Source: an uncultured Actinomycetes bacterium | GTDB lineage: Bacteria > Actinomycetota > Thermoleophilia > Gaiellales > Gaiellaceae | Direction of reading: 5' to 3' | Assembly: GCA_963842575.1 (NCBI GenBank) | Contig: CAWJGS010000010.1 | Location: forward strand, 422,871-486,870 | Length of the DNA: 64,000 nt | Part shown: piece after piece, positions 41,601 through 53,237 of the stretch | Layout: each line of letters starts with the position of its first letter | Numbering within the stretch: position 1 is the stretch's first letter | Notes under the pieces: generated by a model | Databases searched by the model: none | What the model saw: only the letters and a program-made list of their open reading frames with translations | What the model was told of the DNA's origin: nothing | Program-made: the position numbers and the translations under genes

Positions 41601-44510
41601 GTGCCGGAGATGGGTCGGCGCTCGACATTCCTCGCCCTCGGCGTGCTGGCGTTGCTCGTGGTCGCGGTGGCCAGCGGGGCGCCGCTGAACGGGCCCGGCC
41701 CCATCATCGTGCCCGCCGAGTCCGCTGGTCCGTTGGTCGAGCCGCCGGTGCTCTCGAGCGGCAGCACCGGCGTCCTGAAGGCAGACGTGACGCTCGAGCG
41801 GGCGGGGCCGCCGGGGTCGCACGACCCCACGCTCTTCGGCGGGCGCGCGCTGTACTCGGACCCGGTTGAGCCGCTCAGATTCGCGGCCGGCTACGCGTTC
41901 ACCACGCCGGACGGAAAGTCGTATCCGGCGCAGTTCCCGGCGCCGACGTTGAAGGTCCAGCCGGGCGACACGGTCGACCTGACGGTGCGCGACCGGCTTG
42001 CGGATGCGCCCGGGCTAACGCTCCCCCCGGAGGCGGCCATCACGAACGTGCACACGCACGGGCTCGTCGTCAGCCCCCTGGACGAGGGCGACAACGTGTA
42101 CCGGACGATGACGACCGAAGGATCCTTCCGGACACGCGTCGTCATCCCGCCCAACCACCAGCCGGGGGTCGACTGGTACCACGCGCACCGGCACGGGTAC
42201 GTGGCCAATCAGGTCTACGGCGGCCTCGCGGGCATCCTCCAGATCGGCGATCCGCTCGATCCCTGGCCGCAGTACAAGGGGAAGTACACCGAGCGTTACC
42301 TCGACTTGACCCTCGGGCTCATCAACACGGACCCGGCGACCGGTGACCGCTACCTCGCCAACCCGAGGGCTTTCCCGGGCGGCCAGCTCGCCCCCTACGG
42401 CACCACGTGGCGCAAGTACGTGAACGGGCAGTTCAATCCGACGATCTCCATCCGGCCCGGCGAGACCCAGATCTGGACGTTCACCGGCATGAACCGCGAA
42501 GCGAACTTCAACCTGGGCATCACCGACGCCAACGCCGAGAACCCCTGGCAGGCGACGATCTTCTCGTACGACGGGAAGACGATCGGCGTCATGCCGAGGA
42601 AGACGACGCTGGCCCCGCCCGTCCCCTTCGCCTACGACGGCCCGACGGTCGTCGATCCCGGCGCGCGCATCACGATGGCGGTGACGGCGCCGACGGAGCC
42701 CGGAACGTACTACCTCATAGACAACGAGCACCAGGCGCTCCAGCCGCAGGCGCAGTTCTGGGCGCTCGCGACGATCGAGGTCGAGGGCCGGCCCGCGACG
42801 GAACCGCCGCCCAACCTCACGCCGAACGGCCCTGTCCCCGACCTGTACACGGCCAAGCCGGACCAGCGCCGCACCTTCGAGTGGAACTTCGTCACCGCAG
42901 CCGACGGGTCGCCAACCTTCCCGATCAACGGCTTCGTGTTCCCCGATTCTCCGATCGTCCCCATGCAGGTCGGGCAGGTCGAGGAGTGGCTCCTGGTCAA
43001 CACCGGCGGCGGCGACCACGTCTTTCACATCCACCAGAACGACTTCGCCGTCATCCGCGTCGGCTCGAACACCATCCAGACGGGGCCAACGAGCAGTCCC
43101 TACCGCTACACGTCGTTACGCGACACGGTCGACATCCCGCCCGGGCAGAGCGTGGTCATCCGATTCCGCGTCAGCCCCCAGCTCGGGAAGTACGTCTTCC
43201 ACTGCCACATCCTTCCGCACGAGGACACCGGCATGATGATGGGCGTCCTCGCCGTCCCGAACACCTCCGAACGTCGGATCGCCCTCGGGTCGCCGGCTGG
43301 ACAACCGGCGCAGGTCATCGTCAGGGACGGCAACGGCCGCAGGCTCGGCATCCTCCGTCCGGGGGGCGGCCGGCGCGGCGTCTCGACCGCGACCGGCGAG
43401 CTCACGAGCGACCTCGACGAAGACATCGTCACCGCCCCGTCGACGCCGGGAGCCGCGCCCTCGATCTCCGTGTACGACGGTCAGTCGCTCGAGCGGACCG
43501 GCCGGTTCAGACCGTTCGGCGACCAGCGCGTCGGCGTCAGCCTGGCAACCGGGAACATCGACGACCAGGGGCAGGCCGAGATCATTGCCGGCAGGGTCGG
43601 CCCCGGAGCGAGCCTCGTGCGGATCTTCAAGCCGAACGGCACGCTCGTGCGCGAGATCAGACGGACGCTCGCCGGGCCGCTGCCGAACGGTGCATCGGTG
43701 GCGTCAGCGGACTTCGACGGCGACAATTACGACGACGTCGCGATCGGCGGTGGCCGAGGGGCGCAGCCGGTGGTCGTCGGCGTGAGCGGCCTCGCACTCT
43801 CGACGGGCAACACGTCGACGCGGCTCTTCACGCTGACCGCCCCCGGTGGCGCGACCGCGGGCGTGAACCTTGCTGCCGGCTATTACGACCCGGTCACCCG
43901 GCCGGGCTTCGTCGCGAACCTGATCACAACGCCCGCGAGCGGCCCGGTCGCAGGCCGGACGCAGGTCTGGGTGCCGTTCATGCCTGACCATGAGGGCGGG
44001 CCGATGGGCGCTCCCGTGCAGATCGCGTCATTCCGGCCTCTCGGCCGCCACGTCTCCCGTGGCCTGCGGCTCCAGGTAACACGGCTCGGCTCGAACGGGC
44101 TGGACGCGCTCGCCGCATGGGCAGACCCGCGGAAGGCCGAGTACGTCTCGATCGACGACGCCGGCACGATCTCGCACATTCAGGTCCCGGTCCGGAACGT
44201 CCCGCCGCCGGCGGGAGAGAAGGGCGGCTACAGGGTCGCCCTCGACCTCGACGGCCATGCGACGGCGAGCATTACGCGGAAGGGCGAGCCCGTCCGTGGC
44301 GCGGCCGTCCGCGCGACGTTCACGATGCTCGACATGCCGATGCCGCCGACCAGCTCGCGGCTCGATGAGACCGCGCCGGGCGTCTATTCCGGACGCGGCC
44401 CCGCGTACGCGATGCCGGGGCACTGGGGCGTCGCCGTGCGGATCGTCCCACGCCGGGGGCGTCCCGAGACGACGCGGCTCGTCAGCGTGCTTCCGCCAGC
44501 GACCCGCTGA
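41601..44510 (+). CDS. Multicopper oxidase fused to FG-GAP/VCBS-like repeats and a YtkA/FixH-like C-terminal domain
   Basis: The four Cu motifs are HTHGLVVSP, WYHAHRHG, HVFHIHQNDF and HCHILPHEDTGMMMGV. FG-GAP-like units are VSLATGNIDDQGQAEIIAG and SADFDGDNYDDVAIGGG. The C-terminus RATFTMLDMPMPPTSSRLDETAPGVYSG...MPGHWGVAVRIVP is YtkA-like. The start may be ATG 41610. Confidence 0.8.
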   Translation: MPEMGRRSTFLALGVLALLVVAVASGAPLNGPGPIIVPAESAGPLVEPPVLSSGSTGVLKADVTLERAGPPGSHDPTLFGGRALYSDPVEPLRFAAGYAFTTPDGKSYPAQFPAPTLKVQPGDTVDLTVRDRLADAPGLTLPPEAAITNVHTHGLVVSPLDEGDNVYRTMTTEGSFRTRVVIPPNHQPGVDWYHAHRHGYVANQVYGGLAGILQIGDPLDPWPQYKGKYTERYLDLTLGLINTDPATGDRYLANPRAFPGGQLAPYGTTWRKYVNGQFNPTISIRPGETQIWTFTGMNREANFNLGITDANAENPWQATIFSYDGKTIGVMPRKTTLAPPVPFAYDGPTVVDPGARITMAVTAPTEPGTYYLIDNEHQALQPQAQFWALATIEVEGRPATEPPPNLTPNGPVPDLYTAKPDQRRTFEWNFVTAADGSPTFPINGFVFPDSPIVPMQVGQVEEWLLVNTGGGDHVFHIHQNDFAVIRVGSNTIQTGPTSSPYRYTSLRDTVDIPPGQSVVIRFRVSPQLGKYVFHCHILPHEDTGMMMGVLAVPNTSERRIALGSPAGQPAQVIVRDGNGRRLGILRPGGGRRGVSTATGELTSDLDEDIVTAPSTPGAAPSISVYDGQSLERTGRFRPFGDQRVGVSLATGNIDDQGQAEIIAGRVGPGASLVRIFKPNGTLVREIRRTLAGPLPNGASVASADFDGDNYDDVAIGGGRGAQPVVVGVSGLALSTGNTSTRLFTLTAPGGATAGVNLAAGYYDPVTRPGFVANLITTPASGPVAGRTQVWVPFMPDHEGGPMGAPVQIASFRPLGRHVSRGLRLQVTRLGSNGLDALAAWADPRKAEYVSIDDAGTISHIQVPVRNVPPPAGEKGGYRVALDLDGHATASITRKGEPVRGAAVRATFTMLDMPMPPTSSRLDETAPGVYSGRGPAYAMPGHWGVAVRIVPRRGRPETTRLVSVLPPATR

Positions 44511-45657
44511 GCGCTTCCTCGGCCAGCTTCGTCCCCTCGACCATGCGCACGAGCTTCTCGTAGGCCACGTCCCAGCTGCGCGTCCGCAGACCGCAGTCGG
44601 GGCACACGTGGATCCGCGCCGGGTCGCCGAAGACGTCCACGGCGTACAGGATCCGGTCGCGCACGAGCTCCGGCGACTCGATGAAGTCCGTATGGATGTC
44701 GAGCACGCCGAGCCCGAGCGCCGGGTCGTACGGCAGGTCGCGGAACTTCGAGATCACCTCGTACCCGGGCCGGTCCTCGGGCCTGGTGCCGAGCTCGCGG
44801 CTGTCGTAGTTGGCGAAGCCGACGCAGTACTGCTTGCAGCCCGTCATCGCCTCGATCGCCGGGAAGAAGAGGTCGTAGTCGGAGAAGCACAGGTGCGTCG
44901 AGAAGGTGCAGTCGAGGCCCTCGACGCTCACGTTGAAGCTCTCGGCGAAGAGCTCCAGCTCGTCGGCCTCGGTCGAGGCTCCCGGCTCGTCGATCTGGAT
45001 CCACTCGGCGCCGAGCTCGATGAGCGCCTGCAGGTTCGGACGGATGAGGTTGCGCGCGATGTCGAGCGCGAACTCACGGCGCGCCTCGATCGTGGCCGCG
45101 CGGCTCTCCCCCCTCCCGAGCCGTCCCTGACGCGCACCGTAGAACTCGTCGTACGACCAGATCGCGAGCGTGTACGCGCCGGTGACCGGGACCTTGAGCT
45201 TGGCCTGCGCCGCCGACTTGAGGAACTCGAACTCCGCGTTGTGGTACGGCTCGGCCAGCGAGATCGGGCCGGTCACGGCCGACTTGGAGTAGTACTTGTT
45301 GTCGAAGCTGCGGATGGTGCCGCGCGAGTCGAACCCGTTCGCGTGCGCGATCGCCCACGCATACATCTCCGTGCGCTGCTGCTCCCCGTCCCAGACCCAC
45401 TCGATGCCGGCCTTCTCCTGCAGGCGGAGGGCGTAGCGGCTCGACCAGTTGGCGACGTCGTGGACGCGGTCCTGCGCGCCGGTCCGCAGCAGGTCGACGA
45501 GCTCTTCGTAGCCGTCGACGTCCAGCTTCTCTCCCCAGCTGCGGGCGTGCTCGATGTCGGAGTCCTCGAGCGGGCGGCCCGCGGAGGTCTTGACCAGCCA
45601 GGACGGCTTGGCCAGCGATCCGATCTCGTGGGTCAGGAACGTGTGTGTCTCGGTCAT
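44482..45657 (-). CDS. Cobalamin-independent methionine synthase catalytic (Meth_synt_2-type) domain protein
   Basis: Zn-ligand context is present: STHLCFSDY, IQIDEPG and IHVCPDCGLRTRSW. At 391 aa it corresponds to only the C-terminal half of a full-length MetE. Confidence 0.75.
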   Translation of the reverse strand: MTETHTFLTHEIGSLAKPSWLVKTSAGRPLEDSDIEHARSWGEKLDVDGYEELVDLLRTGAQDRVHDVANWSSRYALRLQEKAGIEWVWDGEQQRTEMYAWAIAHANGFDSRGTIRSFDNKYYSKSAVTGPISLAEPYHNAEFEFLKSAAQAKLKVPVTGAYTLAIWSYDEFYGARQGRLGRGESRAATIEARREFALDIARNLIRPNLQALIELGAEWIQIDEPGASTEADELELFAESFNVSVEGLDCTFSTHLCFSDYDLFFPAIEAMTGCKQYCVGFANYDSRELGTRPEDRPGYEVISKFRDLPYDPALGLGVLDIHTDFIESPELVRDRILYAVDVFGDPARIHVCPDCGLRTRSWDVAYEKLVRMVEGTKLAEEALSGSLAEAR

Positions 45658-46556
45658 GCTGCTTCCTCCGCTCGGGTGGTCTTGGCCTGGCCGAGGCGTG
45701 CGACCTTCTCGCGCGCGATCGGCTCGGACACGTACTGCAGGTCTCCGTTCGGGACGAGGGCGACGCGCTCGGCCTTCTGCTCCAGCTGGGCGGCAAATGC
45801 CGCGATCTCGCGCGGCTCCTCGAGCAGCGAGTTCCGCGCGTCGAGGACGCCGGCGAGCAGGTGCTTGCGGAAGCTCTCGGGCACGGCGTCGATGCTCGTC
45901 GAATAGAAGTCGATTCCGATCGCGTCCACCGGCAGCTCGGCGAGGCCCTGCTCGAGCAGGTTGGCCGCGTCGCCGAACGTGATCCAGAGCGCGAGCGGCG
46001 GGCCGCCCTGCAGGACGTCGAGGGCGGAGGCGAGCGCGTCGAGGTGGGCGCCCTGCTCGCGGGCCAGGAACGGTTCGCTCAGGACGATCAGCTCAGCCTG
46101 CGTCGCGTCCACCTGCGGCTTGAGCACGCCCTCCGCCATCGTCCGCGGGTCGACGCCCGTCCCGAGGGAGAGCGCGAACGGCGATGGGAGCGTCACCAGG
46201 CGCTCCGCCGGAAGCGGCGCGAGGTAGCGCTCGTCGAGCGGCTGTGCCAGGCGCGGGCTTTCACCCTCCGCGTGCGGCGCGCGGTAGAAGGTGTTCGTGT
46301 CTAGGAAACGCGTCAGCGCGCCGCGCTCGAGCCCTTCGGCGGCCTCCACGAGCGGCCGGAACACGTCCTGCCAGCGCAGCATCCCGTCCGAGAGGAGATC
46401 GAGGCCGGCATCCTGCTGCGCAGCCACGAGCTGTTGCAGGTCGCGGTCGACCTGCTCGTCGACTGCCTCGAGCGTCGTCCGGCCGCGGTCGAGGTCACGC
46501 GTCGCCTGGACGAGCTCCTCCGAGCGGGGATAGATCCCTGGTACGAATGCTTCCAC
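45654..46556 (-). CDS. MetE N-terminal-domain-like (Meth_synt_1/UROD-fold) protein
   Basis: MEAFVPGIYPRSEELVQATRDLDRGRTTLEAVDEQV...DAGLDLLSDGMLRWQD. It has a 4-nt overlap with the downstream catalytic-domain gene. AAGGAGG lies 5 nt upstream of the ATG. Confidence 0.6.
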   Translation of the reverse strand: MEAFVPGIYPRSEELVQATRDLDRGRTTLEAVDEQVDRDLQQLVAAQQDAGLDLLSDGMLRWQDVFRPLVEAAEGLERGALTRFLDTNTFYRAPHAEGESPRLAQPLDERYLAPLPAERLVTLPSPFALSLGTGVDPRTMAEGVLKPQVDATQAELIVLSEPFLAREQGAHLDALASALDVLQGGPPLALWITFGDAANLLEQGLAELPVDAIGIDFYSTSIDAVPESFRKHLLAGVLDARNSLLEEPREIAAFAAQLEQKAERVALVPNGDLQYVSEPIAREKVARLGQAKTTRAEEAA

Positions 46557-46631
46557 GTCGCCTCCTTGCCCTCTTGCGTCTGCCTGCCTAGAGAGGACGA
46601 AGCGGGAAACGCTCCGGGCTCTTTAGGCGTT

Positions 46632-46661
46632 TTTTAACCTGGTCGCCAAGCTGCCTGTCAA
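46632..46661 (-). promoter_or_regulatory. Candidate sigma-A-type promoter for the metE-like gene pair
   Basis: On the minus strand the sequence is TTGACA (46661-46656), an 18-nt spacer, then TTAAAA(AA) (46637-46630). A perfect -35 hexamer and an A/T-only -10 region are rare in 70% GC DNA. A 43-nt stem-loop at 46586-46628 lies immediately downstream. Confidence 0.45.
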
Positions 46662-46692
46662 AGCCATCCAGGTACGGCGAGCCTAGCAAAGG

Positions 46693-47115
46693 CTACGCGC
46701 GGCCGATAACCCCGAGCTGGTTCTCCGCATGCCGGACCCGCTGCTCCAGCTGCCAACGGTCGGCGTCCGAGTCGCCTGCCTCGACGCGCTCGAGCTCGGC
46801 CCGCGCCTCGTCGAGCTGGCGCTGAGCCCGCTCCGGATCGATCTCCTTGGCCGGAACCGCGTCGTCCACGAGCGCGATCGCGCGGTCCTGCTCCACCTTG
46901 AAGAATCCCGGGCCGGTCGCGAACTCCTGCACCTCGGCTTCGGACACGTGTACCCGCGTGTTGCCCGCGTTCAGCATCGCCACGAGTGGCGCGTGCCGCG
47001 CGAGGACGCCGATCTCGCCCGCAGCGCCCGGGACGATAAGCATCTCGGCCTCGCCCTCGAAGGCAGGCCCTTCCGGGGTCACGACCGAGACCGAGAACTT
47101 GCGCCGGTCTGCCAA
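46693..47115 (-). CDS. atpC: F1 ATP synthase epsilon subunit
   Basis: 140 aa, FSVSVVTPEGPAFEGEAEMLIVPGAAGEIGVLARHAPL, directly downstream of atpD. Confidence 0.92.
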   Translation of the reverse strand: MADRRKFSVSVVTPEGPAFEGEAEMLIVPGAAGEIGVLARHAPLVAMLNAGNTRVHVSEAEVQEFATGPGFFKVEQDRAIALVDDAVPAKEIDPERAQRQLDEARAELERVEAGDSDADRWQLEQRVRHAENQLGVIGRA

Positions 47116-47118
47116 GAC

Positions 47119-48768
<1,650 letters not shown>

Positions 48769-49068
48769 TCACCGCCACCCGGGCGGCATGGTCGAGGCTT
48801 CAGACGTATGAGGTGATTGGAGACGCGGTGATCACACCGCAACAGTACCGCTCAGGCCCTCGGCGTTACCGTAGGAGGGCGTGCGACGCCACGGCGGTGG
48901 CGCGCGTCACTGGCAGCCGACCACGCGCGGATCCGGGTGCGCTGGGCGGATGCAGCGGCGCGGACGCAGGCCGCGGTCGTAGCGGAGCTACGGGCGCGGC
49001 CGAGGACACTCCGCTGCGCCGCATCAGCGCGACCGGGCCGCCCGTGCTTCGGCTGTCAGGGGCGCGCG

Positions 49069-49563
49069 CTACCGCAGGACGGTGCCGCCGTGCGGGGGCC
49101 GCTGGACGCGGCTTGTGTCCACCGAGGTCCTCAGGGTCACGATCCGATCGCGGCGCAGGCCGTTGATCATGCTCAGGTTGATCGGGCCGTTGGCCGGCGA
49201 GAGGCGGAGATCGCCGGAGGACGACGGCGCCGCACCTACAGAGGCGCCCGGGCGGACCATCGACGAGGCGAGGATGCTTCCGAGCCCGACCGCGGTGACG
49301 GCGAGAGCGGCGACCGCCGGCGCAATGCGGAAGGAGAGCCGCCGGCGGACGCGCGAGACGGCGATAGGTTGCTCCAGGCGCTCGAGCGGCGCCGCCCGCA
49401 GCTGCAGCGTGAAACGCGAGACGTGCGCGCGAAACGCCGCGCACTCCGCGCATCCCTTGAGATGCCCCTCCAGGAGCGCTTGCTCGAACTCGGACAGTCT
49501 CCCGTCCAGCTCGGCGGACACCCACTGGCGGGTGCGCTCACAATGTCCCGGCACTGCTCTCAC
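49069..49563 (-). CDS. Anti-sigma factor with an N-terminal zf-HC2 zinc finger and one TM segment
   Basis: CERTRQWVSAELDGRLSEFEQALLEGHLKGCAECAAF carries the HxxxCxxC motif. The TM segment is IAPAVAALAVTAVGLGSILA. No sigma-factor gene is adjacent. Confidence 0.7.
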   Translation of the reverse strand: MRAVPGHCERTRQWVSAELDGRLSEFEQALLEGHLKGCAECAAFRAHVSRFTLQLRAAPLERLEQPIAVSRVRRRLSFRIAPAVAALAVTAVGLGSILASSMVRPGASVGAAPSSSGDLRLSPANGPINLSMINGLRRDRIVTLRTSVDTSRVQRPPHGGTVLR

Positions 49564-49633
49564 ACTACCTTTGACGCCGGAGCGTGTCGAGAGTTAGCGA
49601 CGTTAACGAATTCAGTGTTTGCTTAAGGTTACG

Positions 49634-49975
49634 TCAGGTCAGCGAATGCTTGGCGTCGAGGGCGAAGCCGATCGCGATCAGGGCGAACCCGATCGTCACG
49701 AACACCGCCGAGCTGTTGATCGCCTCGTTCTGCTCGCTGAGGTTCGCCCAGCGGATCCGGCGCGTCCCGAAGAACATGAAGACCCCGCCGACGGCGTCGC
49801 TGTCGCCCTTGAGCCGCGCCGGCCCGCGGTTGGCGGCGAAGAAGCCGCCGAGGATGAGAAAGCAGCCCGTCAGGTAGAAGCCGAGCGTCAGCGCGCGCTC
49901 GATCCGGGCGCCGAGGATCGCGCCGATCACAGCCGAGAGCGCGGCGGTGACCGCGGAGGCTCCCAGCAGCAACAC
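49634..49975 (-). CDS. Four-TM membrane protein, function unknown
   Basis: Hydrophobic spans include LLLGASAVTAALSAVIGAILGA and LGFYLTGCFLILGGFFAA. The start is uncertain, and an upstream in-frame CTG is possible. Confidence 0.5.
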   Translation of the reverse strand: MLLLGASAVTAALSAVIGAILGARIERALTLGFYLTGCFLILGGFFAANRGPARLKGDSDAVGGVFMFFGTRRIRWANLSEQNEAINSSAVFVTIGFALIAIGFALDAKHSLT

Positions 49976-50018
49976 GAGGAAACGGCGGCCCGCCGCCAGC
50001 CAGAACGCGCTGTTCCGC

Positions 50019-51115
50019 TTAGGTGCCGTCGTTCGGTCCGGTTGGGCTCGAGGTGATCCGGCGCATCTCGTCTGCGGTCATCGGCCAGCTCTCGAGCGGG
50101 TAGTGGCACGCGGCGACATGTCCGTCGCCGAACGGATAGAGCGGCGGGTCCTCGACGTCGCAGTGGCCCTCGTGGAAGCGCGGGCAGCGCGGATGAAAAT
50201 TGCAGCCGCTCGGCGGGTTCACCGGGCTCGGGACGTCGCCCTCGAGGACGATCGCCTGCCGTGCGCGCCCGAGCTCGGGATCGGCGATCGGCACGGCGGA
50301 GAGGAGCGCGCCCGTGTACGGGTGCTTCGGGTGGTCGTAGAGCTGGTGGCGGTCCGCCACCTCCGCGACCTTGCCCAGGTACATGACCATGACGCGGTCG
50401 GAGATATGCCGGACGACGTTCAGGTCGTGGGCGATGAAGACGTACGTAAGGCCGAAGTCATCCTGCAGGTCCTTCAGCAGGTTCAGGATCTGCGCCTGCA
50501 CCGAAACGTCGAGTGCCGAGACAGGCTCGTCGCACACGATGAGCTTGGGGTTCACCGCGAGCGCCCGGGCCACACCGATGCGCTGGCGCTGCCCGCCGGA
50601 GAACTCGTGCGGGAAGCGGTTGTAGTGCTCGGGGTTGAGACCGACGACCTCGAGCAGCTCCTGCACTCGCGTCTTGACCTCCTTGTCGGTCCCCAACCGG
50701 TGGATCTCGAGCGGCTCGCCAATGATGAAGCCGACGCGCTTGCGGGGGTTCAGCGACGCATACGGATCCTGGAAGATCATCGTCATCTCGCGCCGGACGG
50801 GTCGCATGTCGGTGCGCGACAGCTTGGTGATGTCCCGGCCCTCGAACCAGATCCGGCCGTCGGTCGCCTCCAGGAGCCGGATGATGCAGCGTGCCAGCGT
50901 CGACTTCCCGCACCCGGACTCGCCCACGATCCCCAGGGTCTCGCCCGGCTTGATGCTGAACGAGACGCCGTCGACCGCCTTCACCGAGGCGATCTCCTTC
51001 TGGAAGATGATCCCGCGGGTGATCGGGAAGTGCTTCTTGACGTCCTCGATGACGAGCAGCTCGTCGCCGGTGGGCTGAAAGCCGGTTTCAGGCTCGACGG
51101 TCGCAGCCTGGGCCA

Positions 51116-51116
<1 letters not shown>
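50019..51116 (-). CDS. Peptide/nickel ABC transporter ATP-binding protein (DppF/OppF-like)
   Basis: GESGCGKST and [15 protein letters not shown] are present. The C-terminal oligopeptide-type extension contains CHYPLE. Confidence 0.88.
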
Positions 51117-52135
<1,019 letters not shown>

Positions 52136-52152
52136 AAGGGGTCTAGATTAGC

Positions 52153-53130
52153 CTAGGTGAGGCGGATGCGGGGGTCAATCCAGGCATACAGGAGGTCGAC
52201 CACCAGGTTGAAGAAGATGATGCATAACGTGGAGAAGACGATCACGCCCTGAACCACTGCCAGGTCGTTGTTGCTGATGGCGAGAATCGAGGTCCGCCCC
52301 AACCCGGGAAGCTGGTAGACGGTCTCGGTGAAGATGGCGCCGCCGAGGGCGAGCCCGATGTCCATGCCGAGCATCGTCACCACCGGCAGCAGCGCGTTGC
52401 GGAGAACGTGGCGCGTGAGGACGCGGTTCTCGGGCGCGCCCTTGGCGCGCGCGGTGCGCACGTAGTCCTCGTTCATCGTCTCCATCACGTTCGCGCGGAT
52501 CATGCGCACGTACAGCGCGGCGAACAGGATGGCGAAGGTACACCACGGCAAAATCATGTGGTAGAACCACTGCCAGGGTCCGCCCGGCAGCCCTGAGTCC
52601 GACGGCGCACCGAAGAAGTTCGCGTAGTTCGCGATCGGCGTGATCCCCAACTTGTAGCCGAAGAAGTAGGAGAAGATCAGCCCGATCCAGACCGGGTGCG
52701 CGGACACGCCGATCAGGACGAACACCATCGCGATTCGGTCTAACAGCGAGCGTGGCTTCAGAGCCGAGAAGACCCCGACCACGAGGCCGATCATCATCCA
52801 GAGGATGGCGCCGCCGAAGACGAGCGAGGCCGTCACCGGAGCGGCCTGGGCGATCGCCTGGTTCACGTCCTGGCCGGTGAAGTACGACTGCCCGAGGGAG
52901 CGGTCGACGACGAGGCGCTTGAGGAACTTGAGGTACTGGACCGGAACCGGCTTGTCGAGCCCGAGCTTCTTCGTTGCCAGCGCGAGACACTGCGGCTTCG
53001 CGTTGTCGCCGCCGCAATAGCCGCGCGCCGGATTGTTCGGCGCCATGAAGAAGATCACGAACGTGACGAACGTGATCACGATAAAGAGAAGAATTGCCCA
53101 GAGAAGTCGTCTGACGAGATATCGGAACAT
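52153..53130 (-). CDS. Peptide ABC transporter permease (DppB/OppB-like)
   Basis: MFRYLVRRLLWAILLFIVITFVTFVIFF and the EAA loop EDYVRTARAKGAPENRVLTRHVLRNAL are present. Confidence 0.88.
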   Translation of the reverse strand: MFRYLVRRLLWAILLFIVITFVTFVIFFMAPNNPARGYCGGDNAKPQCLALATKKLGLDKPVPVQYLKFLKRLVVDRSLGQSYFTGQDVNQAIAQAAPVTASLVFGGAILWMMIGLVVGVFSALKPRSLLDRIAMVFVLIGVSAHPVWIGLIFSYFFGYKLGITPIANYANFFGAPSDSGLPGGPWQWFYHMILPWCTFAILFAALYVRMIRANVMETMNEDYVRTARAKGAPENRVLTRHVLRNALLPVVTMLGMDIGLALGGAIFTETVYQLPGLGRTSILAISNNDLAVVQGVIVFSTLCIIFFNLVVDLLYAWIDPRIRLT

Positions 53131-53237
53131 GTGCCTCGGGTTCTCTTTCCTCTCGTGCGGCCGATCGAATCCTAACTGCTACGAGGGTTATGGGGCGCCG
53201 GCCGGGCCGGCGCCCCACTTCCCGGGAACTGCGCTAC

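Noticed and set aside
39164-41830. 888-aa minus-strand ORF
   Set aside because: It is an off-frame read-through over the LCP gene with Arg/Gly/Pro-rich junk. Only its last approximately 110 codons are real, and they are the N-terminus of the frameshifted ugd.
46557-46692. A SAM, SAH or cobalamin riboswitch upstream of the metE-like genes, and a plus-strand intrinsic terminator (hairpin followed by T6)
   Set aside because: I could not match any riboswitch core consensus by eye. The T-run is better explained as the A/T-rich -10 region of a minus-strand promoter (TTGACA-N18-TTAAAA). No plus-strand gene ends here.
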